From: Squalus acanthias
Taxonomy: Eukaryota
Reading direction: 5' to 3'
Assembly (NCBI GenBank): GCA_030390025.1
Contig: CM059432.1
Coordinates: forward strand, 90,956,001 to 91,020,000
Length of the DNA: 64,000 nucleotides
Under the pieces are notes generated by a model. That model did no database searches. It saw only the letters and a program-made list of their open reading frames with translations, and had not been told where the DNA came from. Made by a program: the position numbers and the translations under genes. Of the stretch, positions 25,859 through 39,350 are shown piece after piece; position 1 is the stretch's first letter; each line of letters begins with the position of its first letter.

Positions 25859-26205
25859 TAGGACATTTGCTTGCAGAATTATCTGGAGCTGAGTGCGAGG
25901 AATTCCAGTCATAGTAACAAGCCTACCCCTCCAGTCTCTTTAATGAGCCATTGTCTGGTCTATTGTCAACCGTGCTCTGGAGTATTGCAAATCTGACCGG
26001 CTCAGTTTTTGGATTACCAAGGCTGCCATGATATCATGTTCAGTGATATCCTTTGCTTCCGTAAATGGTTTGAGCAATCTTACTTTTGTGAGGGTTGACT
26101 GCCCTATATCTCCTTGTATGATAATGTCAACTGAGATAAAGCAAATGTTTTATCTGATGAATTCAACTCTGTGACACCCCACCAGAGGCTAACTGTAGAC
26201 ACTGC

Positions 26206-28527
26206 GGTCGCGAAATTCGGAGGTCTAGCGTCGGCCGTCAAGGCTGGTTTTGCTGAAAAAATGGTGGCCGCCCGCTTCCGGCGCAGAACGCGGCCGTCAT
26301 TTTGGGGAGGTCGGTAGCGCTGCCGTTGGCTGCGCTCACCCACCCTCATGTAACTATGCAGATCGTGACGTCAATCGGCGTGCAGCGTCTGAATTGACGC
26401 ACGACTGTGACTTTGGATGTCATCGTTCAGGATACCGCCCTCTCCAAACCACGCACGGAAGAACGTGCGTGCAGCAGTACTACAGAGACACTGCCAGTGC
26501 TTCTTAAAGGGACACACACATCTTTCAGATAAGTTTAGATTTTAGCTTTTGGACTGGATGTTTACATTTTATTGGAGTAGTGGCTTGTGCAATACATTTC
26601 AAAAGTTGTTAAAGTGTGCAGGGAGTGCTGCTGGATGCTTCCAAGTCTTTGGATTTTAAAGGATGGCCTCTGGGAACACCACCTGCTCACAGTCCTGGGG
26701 CTCTAGTTGCAGTCCTCCTTGGGCTGCAACATCCCATAGAGATGAAATAGAGGCAGCAAAGGGGAGAAGCTGCTCGCAGAGGGAAGAGGAGGAAGCAGAA
26801 GAGGAGGAAGTGGAAGGAAGAATGCAAACAAGACAGATCCTTTCTGGCCGGGATATCCGGGATCGAGTCATCCGCCTGCGGTACCAGTGAACACAACCCC
26901 AATTCCCCTTTCAACATTTGTCCCACACCTTACCTTCCCTCTGTTACTAAGTATCACAGCGTCCTCTTGGCCACAATGCAGAAATAAAAGCCACCACAAA
27001 GCAAACATTCCAATCCCACTTTATCCATATATGCATCTAGTATTACATCAAAAAATCAACTAATCATCCGTCTGCATTCCCTTAGTGAGTGTCTTGCATC
27101 TGCCTTTGCATGTCCTAGTGATGTTACGCAGTGTTAACCCAGTGGCTGCAGCATGGCTGGTGGAAGACTGCTGACTTTCAGTGGGGGTCATTGCAGATGG
27201 CCTTTTATGGATGACCTCGAGGAGCTAGTGTCTGGGAATGTGAAATCGAGTGATGGTGTTTCTTCTTCTTCACTCTCCTCTCCCTCTTCCCATTGACCCA
27301 CTGGCTAGGCAGGCTGGATTTCTTGTGTGTCTAAAATAAAGAAGGCACAAGGGTAGGGCTGTGGTGAGGATTGGGCGGGAAAGCAAGAGGTACATGCTTA
27401 CACCATGTGCAGCTTGTGCATCAGTAGACATTGTGGGATGAGGGGGAAGTGGGATGTGAGAACAAGGATAACGTATGAGAATACCAGCATCTTGTATTCT
27501 TTCAGCCCCGCCGCTGGCCAAAGACTCTGCCATGCCCCCGCCAAGAATGGCCAGCACTGCCTCCTCCAAGGGGAGGTGAGATGAAGCTAGGAATGTGAGG
27601 TGTGCCTTGTATTTGGTACAGATTGTTGGTAGGTGAGTGATTGGTAGCAGGGTCGTATATTGTGCAGTGTGTGAGGCTAGTGGTGCAGTTGGTAGGAGAC
27701 GGCTTTTGAAGATGCATTCACTGACCTTGACCACTCATCTGAGGTCATAAAACTTCTTTTGGCACTGGATCCCGGTCTTGGGGGAAAGACTGGTGCCACT
27801 GACCATTTCAGCAATCTGCTCCCACTGCCTTCTTGCACTTTGTCTGGAGAGCATCCTGGCCCCCTGCGTGTAGAGGACCTGTCTACTCTTTTTGACCCCC
27901 TGCACTAAGGCCTCCAGTGCTGCATCGGAGAGCCAGCGGTCTGAGGTCATGAAACGTCTTTGGGCACTGGAGCCAGGTCCTGGGGTGACATTGCTGCCAG
28001 TGACGGCCTCGGCGATCTGTTCCCACATCTTTCTTTTTGGAGGGCCTCCTGGCCCTCTGTGGGTAGAGGACCTAGCTTCCAGTGTTGACCCCCTGCACAA
28101 AGCTCGAGTGCTGCGTCCAAGACCCTGGGTACCCTTTCCCTGGCCCGTTAAGCCTTTTGTGTTAGTGCTGAAGCACTTTTAGCATTTTTTATGTGCAGAA
28201 GGCAGTTCAGCTTTAAGAGCTGCAGACTGCCTAATTCTGAAGGATTTTTTTTCAGAAGGCAGGTCAGCTTTAAGGGCTAGAGACTGCATTAAAAATGAAC
28301 AGCCTAACTTTATGGAAAGGCAGCCTCGCTTCAGCGACGCTAACTTGGGCCCCTGATGAGCGCACAGCCTGTCAGCAGCATGATAGTCACTAGGCTGTGC
28401 CCTACAATTATTTAAATTAGCAGGCAACACCAAATTGACATGCTGCCTGCACTTTCTGAAAGGGCATGGGCATATCTCACATCGCAGTGTCCACATCCGT
28501 TTTTGGGCCTTATCGAATTTCACCCCC
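26206..28527. mobile_element. Non-autonomous Harbinger (transposase core deleted, Myb gene remnant on - strand)
   Basis: Flanked by TGC/TGC. Right end 'gaatttcaccccc'. The transposase 5' part is joined to the acidic RDRVIRLRYQ* tail. Myb exon remnants lie at 27270-28150. Confidence 0.8.
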
Positions 28528-29074
28528 TGCTTCTTTTCTGCTTCTTCAGATTCATCTACTGAAGACTCTGTTTCACGCAAAACCATTTGCAGTAACTAAA
28601 TGGCAGTGTATCACTCATGCTGGCATTAGGTGAATTTCTAATGGCAAAAGCCAGTGAACCCCAATCATCATGGTTCTGGCCTCCGTGAGCCCATTCAGTC
28701 TCTGACTTTAGTTGAACTGAGGATAAGATAATATCATATGATTTTCAATTCCCAGTGCATCTGTTGTTTCTTTGAACACTGCACTTGTAAATAGTGTGTC
28801 CCAGTCAGATCCCAGGTAGGTTGACCCCAAACCACGGGAATAAGTCCTGCCCAACTTCTCAGCAGTTACCTTAGTTGTTGCACACATAGTGGGAAATGTT
28901 TGTACCCACTTAGAGAATTCAACACTACCAACAAGTAATAATTCCACTTTTTGGATCAGGGAAGGGGTCTCACAAGTCAACCCTGCAAGTATCCTATGGA
29001 GCATAACCTATATAGCACCATTAACTCTATTGGAGGTTGCTGTTATGGTTTTGAAACCTTTATTATATGATAAT

Positions 29075-30375
29075 GGCCCAGATTTTGTGGTCAGCGGCCG
29101 TTCACTATGCTGGCAGCTGCCCATAGAGTTTTTTCTGGCTTTTAAGTGGAGACTTGCTGTGATCGGGTATCTTATCCAGCGTGGCGCCCTCTATAGGGGA
29201 TCTGTGGTGTGTGTGAGCAGGCCAAGCAACAGTGTGGCTCTTCAACCAATCCGATTGAAGAATCCTCACTGAGACACGCTGGGCTGGATTTTCATTGACC
29301 CGTGGAGGTGTGTTTGGAGGTGTGTGGGGGGTTAAAATTGCGAAAACTGGCAGGCGGGCACAAGTCCGCCTCTATCCCGCCTCCACGCAATTTTCATTAA
29401 ATCGTGTCTGCTGGTCCCGACTCCGTCCCGTCTTTAAGAGACGGGATAGGCTGTTAAGGCCCTTAACAAGCACTAAATTGGCTCTATAATGCCATTTTGA
29501 AAGGCTTTTGTGATTTTAACCCTTGTTCTACGTGAAGCACGCCTGTTCTGAACCACGATTGTGAAACCTGGCGGGAGCACATTTCGAAAGCTGACTATCA
29601 GCTGCAGGTGCACTATTACAGCGGAGCTGCTGCTGGTCATTTTGCCTTCAGGTCCTCTCACAGCAAAGGCCAGGCAGTCTTTGAAGACCTTCAATGCAGC
29701 AGCAATGATGACATCATCAAAGGCGACTTTCAGACTGAAAACACTAATTGGTTCATGGGTTCCCACATGCTGGCACTCAATTGCCCAATTAGGTGAAAAT
29801 TGCATCAATCTCCCACATCCAATTGCAGTCGGGTGGATAACACGAAAAGTGGATAACACGACCCCAACCCGCCCCAGTATCAAAATCCAGCCCGCTGAGT
29901 CTAAACCAGGATGTATAAGCCAGGAATCATAAATTAGATTTAAATCATGTACAGAAAGCGAAATAAAGATTGGGAAAGAAAGATGGGATTAAGAATGACA
30001 AAAGAGACAGACAGAAAAAGTAAGAAGAAAATTATTTTAATTTTAATTTTTTTTTAATCTCCAACACTAATTAAATTCTGAAGGAATGAGACTCCACACT
30101 TGTAAAATTTAATTTTCAGTGCCAGAGAGGTTGTTTGGCAGTAATTATGATTGATCACGTGTTAAAAATTCACTTATACCTGAATGCACCAGCCCTAACT
30201 TTTTCTGCCGTGTTTAGTGGGTAACTAGTGGGTAAGTACCGCAACTTCACGCCCTTACATGGATTTCAATGCCGAATCTTTCAGCGAGGTACTGTTATAG
30301 CACAGCCTGTGGAGGAGCAGGGTAACTCGGATAGCAACTTCCAGGTTTCCACATTTAACTGAGCCACAGCTGACA
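29075..30375. mobile_element. Harbinger-like MITE (related to the 62324 family), right end unclear
   Basis: Left end 'ggcccagattttg' is the reverse complement of the end at 12496. Contains an AT-rich internal tract. Confidence 0.55.
29281..29893. mobile_element. Nested Harbinger-like MITE with 3-bp TSD
   Basis: Perfect 12-bp TIR gggctggatttt / aaaatccagccc with a GCT target duplication on both sides. Confidence 0.85.
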
Positions 30376-31089
30376 CCACATCTCGCATACTGCACAATAT
30401 CCTTCTTGAGTGTCAAAACTACATTTCCCCTTTTCACTGCCTGACCTGCCAATGGTGTTCTTCTGACCTGTCTGATCAACAGATCCTCATCTTACAATTT
30501 CTTCATCTTTTTCTTACACTGTATTGGACATATTCAGCTTTGACTAAGGTGAATCGCTGCCAGTACTGCTTTCTCAGGTGAACTTCTTGTTCCTTCTTTG
30601 TGATTTCTGGATAGTGTTTGTAGTTCCACGCTATCTTTCACAGTTCTGTAAAATACAGAGAAAGTAAGTTCTAAAAGTTGTAGACACCGCCAGTCCAGGT
30701 AACCAGACAGATCTGGACAAAGAGCCATTGCATGGTACTGTGATCCATAGCAACTTGAATAGAGTTCTACTGTGGTAGGGCCTAAAGTGATACTCATTTT
30801 AGGTTGCAGAATTTTAACATTGCATCCTCTCAATGTCTGGCTACCACTATGTCTTCACCCATGTGTTGTTATTTAAACCAGAGCTATGTACCAATGTATA
30901 CCTCAAACTTTAGTGTGTAATCAGCAGTGCTTTGTATAAGTATTTCCCTGTGTCACTTTTCAGATCTTTTGACTATTTTTACACGGAAACAATTTGGAAA
31001 AAATGTTGCTTTAAATGTGTTTTAAAGCATTGTGTATTCATTCAAGTTAAAAAGAGGGGAAGTGACAATAGGTAATTAAGTTTTGATAT

Positions 31090-34000
31090 AAAAACAGAAA
31101 ATGCTGCGAACACTCAGCAGGTCAGGCAGCATCTGTGGAGAGAGAAACGTTTCAGGTCAATTACCTTTCATCGGAACTTAAAGATATTAGTGATGAACAG
31201 CTTTTAAGCAAGTGCAGAGCTGGGGGAAAGGGCGAGGAGCAGGAAAAGAGCAAAAGGGAGAGGTCTATAACAGGGTGGATGGCAGGAGTCATTAAATGAC
31301 AAAAGTGATGATGGTGCAAGGCAAAATGAGATGGTAGTGAGATAATTATAGAAACAAAATATGGTTCCAAAGGAGGTGTATTGGTACAGCAGAATAGCAG
31401 AGGAGGAGGGGCTAATAGAAAATCTGGCAATGGTAGGATGTCTACCATGGCCCAGGAGTGTGGTGGAAGAAAGGCAGGTAGACCCCAGGGGTGCAGACCA
31501 GGGACCACGTACCTATAGGAGATCGCCACCCCAAGTACCAGCCCGCACCTCCTCCACCTCCAGTGACTCTTTGCAGCCATCCTCCATTACTAGCACCTGC
31601 TGCCCAAGAGAAAATGGGAGCAGTGCTTAATATCTAAAGGCCTAGAAATTCGTGAATGCCACAAAAGCTGCCGGTGGCACTGCAGGCGGGTGTTAACAGC
31701 TGCTGAAAATGGTGGCGCTGGCAGGACTGAAACATTTGGCGCTGGGGCGTAATTAACATAGCCCAGCGCTAAACCCAATTGCAACACCGCCCTGATGGTG
31801 TTAGTCCCGGCAGGTAGCGTGGCCATAGCATCAGTGCAGCTAGAACAGCCTGCTCTGAAAGCGAGGCTGTCATTTCAGAAAGAAGTGTCGGTTTCTTAAA
31901 GGGGAACTGCCTCCTGAAATGAAAAAAATAAAAATCATGTAAAAATCGGCAGTTTTTAGCCCTTACAGCTTAACTGCCTTCTGGAAAAAAAAATTAACAT
32001 CAAAAAGAATTCCCAAAAGGGAGTCTGCAGCTCTTAAAACTGAATTCCCTTCCGCGCCTAAAAAAATGGGAAAAGTGCTTCAGCACTAACACAAATGGTT
32101 CAGCAAGCCAGGGAAGGGGCACCCAGGGTCTCGCACGCAGCACTCCAGCTTTGTGCAGGGGGGTCAACACTGCAAGAGAGGTCCTCTACCCACAGGAGCC
32201 AGGAGGCTCTCCAGAAAGATCAATGTGGGATCACATCACCGAGGCCGTCACTGTCAGCAGTGTTGTCCCCTCGACCTGGCTCCAGCGCCCAAAGAAGCTA
32301 CATGACCTCAGACCAGTGGTCAAGGTCAGTGAATACATCTTCAAAAGCCGTCTCCTACCAACCGCACGACTAGCCTCACACACTTCTCAATACATGAATC
32401 TGCCCCCCGCCCAATCACTCACCTACCAACAATCTGTACCAAATGCGAGGCACACTCCCATTCCTAGCTTCACCTCACCCCCTTGGAGGAGACGGTGTTG
32501 GCCATTCTTGGCAGGGGCATGGCTGAGCCCTTGGCCAGCGGCGGGGGTGAAAGGATACGAGATGCTGGTATTCTCATAAGTTATCCTACTCGCATGCACC
32601 TCTTGCTTTCCCGCCCTCCCCAAACCACAACTACAGCCTTGTGCCTTCCTCATTTCACACACCCAAGAAATGCAGCCTGCCCAGCCAGTGGTTGACCAAG
32701 AAAAGGGAGAGGAGAGTGAAGAAGAAGAAGAAACACCGTCACTCGATTTTACCCTCACAGCCATCAGCTCCTCAAGGTCGACCAGCAAGGCCATTTGTAG
32801 TGCCCCCACTGAAAGTCAGCAGCCTTCCACCAGCCACTAAGGGAATGCATAAAGGTGATGAGTTGATTTCTTGATGTTATATAGGATGAATAGATGTATA
32901 AAGTTGGATTGGAAAGTTTGCTTTGTGGTGGCTTTTATTTCAGTATTGTGGCCAAGAAGACACTGCGATGGTCAGTAACAGAGGGAAGGTAAGGTGTGGG
33001 ACAAATATTGAAAGGGGAATTGGGGTTGTGTTCACTGAGACTGCAGGCGGACAATTCTATCCCAGATATCCCAGCCAGAAAGGCGCTGTCTGGGTTGCAT
33101 CCTTCCTTCTGCTTCCTCCTCTTTGGCTTCTTCCTCTTCCCTCTGTGAGCGGATGTTGTAAATCTGAAATAAAAGCATAAAATGCTGGAAATACTCAGTA
33201 GGTCAGGCAGGATCTTGACCTGAGATGTGAACTCTGTTTCTCTCTCCACAGGTTCTGCCTGACCTGCTGAGTATTTCCAGCATTTTCTGTCTTCTCAGAG
33301 GTTTACCTTTACCATCCAAGGCCTTGCAAGCATCCAGCAGCACTCCCTGCACACTTTAAAAAAAATCCAGTCCAAAGTCTTAAAGGCAAACTTACCTAAA
33401 AGATGTGTGTGTCCTTTTAAGAGGTGCTGACAGCGTCTCTGTCAGTCTGCTGAACACTCTCTTTTCAGAGCAAGCTTAGGATGCAGCGTTGAACTCAGCG
33501 CTAAGGTTATAGTTCGCAGCGATGACGTTAAGTCAGCGTTGCACGCCGACTGACATCACCCTCTCTTTATTTACATCACCGGGGCCATCGCTGCCCTAGC
33601 AGCGCTCAGGCCCTCACCAAAATGGTGGTTGCCGAGTCCCGCGCCAAAGAAGGGCACTAGAGTGGTGGCTGCCATTTTTCACCAGGATATCGGCGCAAAC
33701 GGGTGACAGGAAGGAGCTCAATTTCTAGGCCAAAATTGTTAAACTTATTGTTAAGGCCAGAAGGCTGTAAAGTGCCTAGTAGAAAGATGAGGTGCTGTTC
33801 CTCGAGCTTGCGTTGGACTTCATTGGAACAGTATGGTAAGCCAAGAAAGGAGTGGGATAGAGAATTAAAGTGGCAAGCGACCAAACGTTCAGGATGCTTG
33901 CGGACTGGATGGAGGTGTTCAGCAAAGCGATTACCCAATCCGCGTTTGGTCTCCTCAGTGTAGAGAAGACGGCATCTGAGCATCCAATACTGTATGCTAA

Positions 34001-34260
34001 GTTAGAAGAAGTACAAGTAAATAGATGTTTCACCCAGAAGGAGTGTTTGTAGCCCTGGAGGTTGGAAGGGAGGAATGAAAGGTCAGGTTTTGCATCTCCT
34101 GTACTTGCATGCGAAAGTGCTAGGGGAAGGAGAGAAGGTGTTGGGGTGATGGAAGAGTGGATCAGGGTTTCAAGGAGGGAACGGTCCCTTCAGAATGCTG
34201 ACTGGGACCAGTCCTGTTTGTGGATCTTGGGGAAGAGGTAAAAACGGGGTCTATGAGGTT
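31090..34260 (-). mobile_element. Penelope-like element 3' part (GIY-YIG endonuclease remnant and terminal repeat), interrupted at 31639-33731
   Basis: FTCTSSNLAYSI.C..C.LLY.EETKRGLGNRFAEH...VACHFN...EEQHLIFLLGTLQPSGLN (33740-34030) is a Penelope GIY-YIG domain. A terminal repeat with a hammerhead-like core lies at 31090-31180. Confidence 0.8.
31639..33731. mobile_element. Non-autonomous Harbinger, complete ends
   Basis: Perfect TIR ggcctagaaatt / aatttctaggcc with an AAA TSD. A Myb remnant lies on + (32095-32770) and a transposase tail remnant on -. Confidence 0.9.
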
Positions 34261-37169
34261 GAAGGCCCTGTGATGTAATTTAAGATTCTTGAGTGGGGGG
34301 AACAAACGTGGTGGCAGGCTGCTGTTGGGTGTTGCACACCTGGGGGCTGTTCGTGGAATTGATCAACCTTTAGGTGCAGGGTCATGAGGTGGCCTTGCAA
34401 CAGCTAGATCTATATACGATGATACAGGGGCTCCTAGTATTTGCTCGCTTTCTAGCACTGCATTGATCCTTTGAGGGACATTGATAGATATGAGGACACC
34501 ATGAGAGGAAGCCACCTTATCTGTCCATTCTCCTGTCATGCCCCAAGTGTTGGACTATTTAACAAGTAATAAAAAGATCAATATTTACCATGACAGCCTA
34601 AAATGGAAAATGACCACTTTGCACTACCTACAGGCATAACTGGTGCCCTTGGCTTTTTCCATTGGCCAAGTCTGACATAGAAATTTTCAACCCATTTTTA
34701 AATGGAAAGTTACTATCCACTCAACATTTTAATATATAATAGATTTATGTATGTATCATATAACATATTTGCTTGTTTATTATTTGTTTAATAAATTGAA
34801 ACATAGAATAAGATTTGATTTGATCTATCACTTATTAAGGACTGGAGAGAGATACTGTGGAGGCACAGGATAATTTTGGTAGTTTACAAATATGAAGAGA
34901 AAAAGTGTTTCTCTTCTTATCCCGGGCATGCTACTGACCTTTCACTTAGTAAGGCTAGTGAGACACGCTTGAAGGCCGAGGGAGTTGGGAATCACCTATG
35001 AGAGTGACCTAAGGTACGAGAGGAGAAAATCTAGAGTAAAGAAGGGTAGAAATGAACCAAAAATGTAACACCTAATTTGTGTGGAGAGGTAAAGGGAACA
35101 GCCTGAAGTGGGTGGAAATGACAGAAACGCCCATAAATAACTTCAGTGTATTATTATGCACTCATTTACATGCACCACCTCATGAACTGGCAGGTGCTTC
35201 TTATGACAATTAAAATCCCAATTGGAAAATCAGGATGGATGGAAAATATGCAGAGATCTAATGTAATGGTTCTTAACCCAATTTTCTGGTGAGAAACACC
35301 CACTTTACACACAAAATTTGGATACTCTTAAATGGAAAATCTGCCCTTATGTCTCCAGAAGGGCAGCCTCCTTCCACTCAGATCAGAAGTAACTGATTGG
35401 CCTTCATTCTCTACTGATCTTTCAGAATAAATCTGGATCCGAGAGCATGGAATGAATTAACTAGATTGCTTCATAGTCATGGGCCTCAGAGCTGTTATTT
35501 CCAGTAGTAAGATTCTCTAGACAGAGTCCCATATATCAAATAGAGGGTAGTTCCTGCACCTGCATTTGGTCCTGATTACTCTGCTGTTGAAAGGACCAGT
35601 CAAACAAACTAGGCTTGTCCAACTTTTTTCTATAGTTATAGCTTATTCTCATCATTAATGAATCATCGTATAGCACTGAATAAAATTGTTTCAGTTTCTG
35701 GTGCACTAGTCATTTTGTTCATTTTATCAAAAATATTCTTCCCATAAACATCTGCATGACAGTTGCTTATAGCCCAGCTGTATTATCATACGTAGTCTAC
35801 TGTTCTCGCATTTTATGTGGAGTTGGATTAAGCTCCAGCTGGCTCTTGTTTCCTAAAAGGGACTTGCCTGTTGTATCCAGCAGTCAAATCTAGTTTACCA
35901 GCCTATGATTTGAATTATCTGTGTAAATTTCTTCTCCATCTGAACCTGCTGCCACATGTGACAAAGATTTTAGCTTGAAAGGAATACTTTTTTTGGGGGG
36001 GGAGAGATTCCAACATGCCAAGAAATATTAGCTAGCTACAAGCACTTGTCAGTGATTTCTCCTTCAAATAAATTCTCCAGGATTCTGCTGTCTTGAAGCC
36101 AATCCCAAATTCTTAAAGTAAAGTAACCTCTGAATCCTCTCAGAATAATTTTAACTTCATTCCAGTAAGTACATCCTAGAAAGACAACTGAACTGTTTTT
36201 ATGTTGCTTTCACCAAGCTAATGATATTTGCTGATCCTTGTTTTTGCTTTTCACAAGAAGAGAAAATGTGGTTGTTTGTTTTCTTATCTCCAAACGGAGA
36301 TTATTAAGTTAGATATCATAATTGATCTCATTTTATTATACCCTCTCCAATAGAAGAATTATTTTCCTGTAAAGCGTCATTCGACAAAGGATATTACATT
36401 CTGATTGGCAGTTGTTATAAGAGATGAAATGCAGCTGTATGGGTCATTGAGCATGCTTTCTCGACAGTCTTACACCAGCCAGTTAAATAAAATAAGGAAG
36501 ACAGTGCTTTGCACAGCCTTGGCTGCTTTTAAACAGGGTATTTTGGTCCTTGGGTTAAATATTTTAATGTTTCCTATTTTAATCTTTGGCATAACATTAA
36601 ATACCTGCTATACTTACTTAAATACCGCCTATACTTACTTAACTTAAGTACCAAAAGAAACTTAGATAGGAAAATATACCTATTTTAACTAAGAACAAAG
36701 AGACACTTATTAACAGATCTCCCTTGCCAATGTTTATGTTGAGTCAGATGATATGCTGTCTTTTAATTGTGTTATAATGCGCAACGTATTATTCTGCTAC
36801 TAAGATGCAGCTATGACCTTTTATAGCTACAAAGTCTAATTGTTAAGTAAACATCCTCATGTCAATTAAAGTTTAATTATTTGGTGAGAATCAGTTTATC
36901 ATAGAACCATAGAAAATTACAGCACAGAAGGAGGCCATTTGGTCCATCGTGTCTGTGCCAGTTTAATTGCTCTTCATGCTACAAGTCAGAATCCAAGATT
37001 CCCTTTTTTTTAAGTGTGATTGCATAATGATTCCTGTATTAATAATGTTTCTTCTCTTGATGTACATTCCAAAAGACTGCTTTTCATTTTTCTTTTTTTT
37101 AAGATTGTTGGAAGAAATTTGCATATGAGCCAATCAACTACAAAACAGTTGCCTATGATTAAATGTGAC

Positions 37170-37760
37170 ACAGAGATTTTAAAAGGGTTGGGGGAATGGG
37201 TACGGTGCGAGCAAGCTCCGAAATGGGCGGCGCACCAGGGGATCTTAGCAGCCGGGCCTTATTTCCATAAATTTCCTCTGACTCCCAACCAAACCCGGCC
37301 AGATCCACTATTTGGCCGGCAGGCAGAAGTGGGAATTCAGGTGGCAGGGGGCTCGCGGGACCGGATCCCGGCAGTCAGTTACGTTTTGGAGGGTTCTGGG
37401 CGTAATTGGTGGGAGGCGGGGGGAGCTTGAGCCAAGAAAGGCCCAAGCTTTCATTGTGGGGCACAGAGGAGCACTCCTGATGGCCCACGATCCAGATCCC
37501 AGCAGCTTTGGCCTGACAGGGAAGCCGTCACTGCTCTCTCGCACAGGCTTCCAACTAAAATAGCAGATCGATTCCCAATGACGTCATCAGGCCCCGATCT
37601 GCATTTTTAAACAAGACCCCACCAGCTTGGGTCAGGTGTTCTGCTAGCTTGCTCAAATGGGTAGGTTAACATTGAGACACGGCTGGCTAGGCAGTGGGAT
37701 CCGAGAGCATAAGTCGCTTCCATCACTTAAACTTTCTCATGGTGAGTTAAAATCAGGGCC
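37170..37760. mobile_element. Old GC-rich MITE-like element
   Basis: GC-rich island ending 'gttaaaatcagggcc'. Its layout resembles 60997-62100. Confidence 0.45.
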
Positions 37761-38694
37761 AGAAAGTGTGATTAACCAGAAATACAGATTTTATTACATA
37801 AGTTTAAAGGTTTGTGGATAGCACACACTTCCTGGATGTGTGACACTTACTTCCTGCTTGTGTTCTCCTATTTCTGTTACGCCTTTTCTCACGCAAAACA
37901 TTTTTCATCTTGAACATTTTTGAAATCTACCTCTAATTGGTTGATTCTTATCATATGACTGAGTCACCCTCAGATAGTCCTCCAAAGACTGTTTCCCAGC
38001 TCTGCTGAGAAGCCGTAATTCTCTTGGCCAACTGAGAACAAATAACTAAAAACACTAAAGGTATTTGTCTAATACTTTGATATAAAATTTGCTTCTTTGT
38101 TTGTTTGACAGCAATGTCCGATTTCAGTTTGCATTTTTTATTTCCTTAATTAATTAATCCTACTGGAAGCCTGCCTCTGCACAAACTGAGCAGAACTAAT
38201 TGCAAAAATAGGAGTTCTTTTAAAAGTATTTCTTAAATGAATCTGGTAATTCCTTGTTCTTTCATAAAAATGTTCATTTTCAGCAAATTTTCTCATGTTT
38301 TATTTAACTGAATAGTTGTGTCCCTAGTCACCATTTAAGTGATAACCTAATAATGCAAGACTGGCCAATATGGAATGTGGTCCATGCTCAAAGCTACAGA
38401 TATATGTAAACTATAAAAAAGTACTAATAGGTTTTTTACTGCTTTTCTGCAATAAGTATGTGCTTGGAAGAACATTCACGTGAATTTTTATTTATTTAAA
38501 TAATTCATTGCATTCTCATCTGCCAATTTAAACTACAGTATAAGTAAGACAGGACAGGTCAGCAAGGAAACAATCCAGTTAGTACTTTAAACTCCAGATA
38601 TAGGTAAAATAATGAAATGATAATATATTAAAATTCTAAAATTGGTCACATGCTCTGTTGGAGACTGCTATGTAAGCATTTCCAATGGAAATTC

Positions 38695-39350
38695 CTGAGA
38701 CAAAAATTGGTATACATTGCGACTATTTTGCGGGCGTAAAACAGACACAATGATGACAAATTTAGCAGTGGGAGGACACATACGTTCAGGCCACTGCTAC
38801 ATTCGCTGGTCACACTTTTTAGGCGTCCCGGGCAGCCGCCTAAAACAGACATTACTTTTCTTTCATTTGTTAATGAGGGGCCTACTGCCTGTTTTAGGAC
38901 CCATCTACGAAATTGGTCTCTGATCTGCAAAGCAGGAGCTGGCCCTGCTCCGCTCAGGATTCTTCAGTAGCCATTACGGCCTAAACTGGCCGCTACCAAC
39001 AGGTACATTTAAAAAAACAAGATTTAACCGTTGCTGCAGAGCCAAGAGGACTAAGAATGCTACTCCGACTCCACGGTATCACAATCAACCACACACACCA
39101 CCCTCCCCGCCTGGGACTTCCCTTTGGGTCGCTGCCGGAGATAAAAGCGGCATGATATTCATTTTCTTCAAATGGGCAAGCAGCCTTTGGAGGTGCAGGA
39201 GGCGCCGGCAGTTCACCCAATTAATATTAATATTAATGAGAGCCATAGCCCAATTTAGGGCCGGCCTCATGCCTCCCAGTTCGGACATGCATTGTAGCCT
39301 CATAGCCGCCTTCGTGCTTGAAACTGGGCAGTGACTAATTTCTACCTCCC
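38695..39350. mobile_element. Old GC-rich MITE-like element
   Basis: GC/CpG-rich island bounded by 'aaaaattgg' and 'aatttctacc', resembling the Harbinger termini elsewhere in the window. Confidence 0.45.

Larger units (their letters stand above)
28550..30800 (-). pseudogene. Ancient LTR-retroelement/retrovirus-like integrase relic, split by MITEs at 29075-~30375
   Basis: FSKWVQTFPT...SD..TLFTSAVFKETTDALGI...SYPQFN resembles an rve integrase core. An upstream 'LQ.D...PLP'-like remnant lies near 28960-29000, and TLKKDIVQYARC (zinc-finger region-like) at ~30380-30420. Confidence 0.55.

Noticed and set aside
34500..38650. Additional host exons or conserved non-coding elements in the AT-rich unique stretches (also 45300-46700 and 57200-60200)
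   Set aside because: I found no exon with convincing splice sites, open frame and phase 2-2 compatibility. Conservation cannot be judged without alignments.
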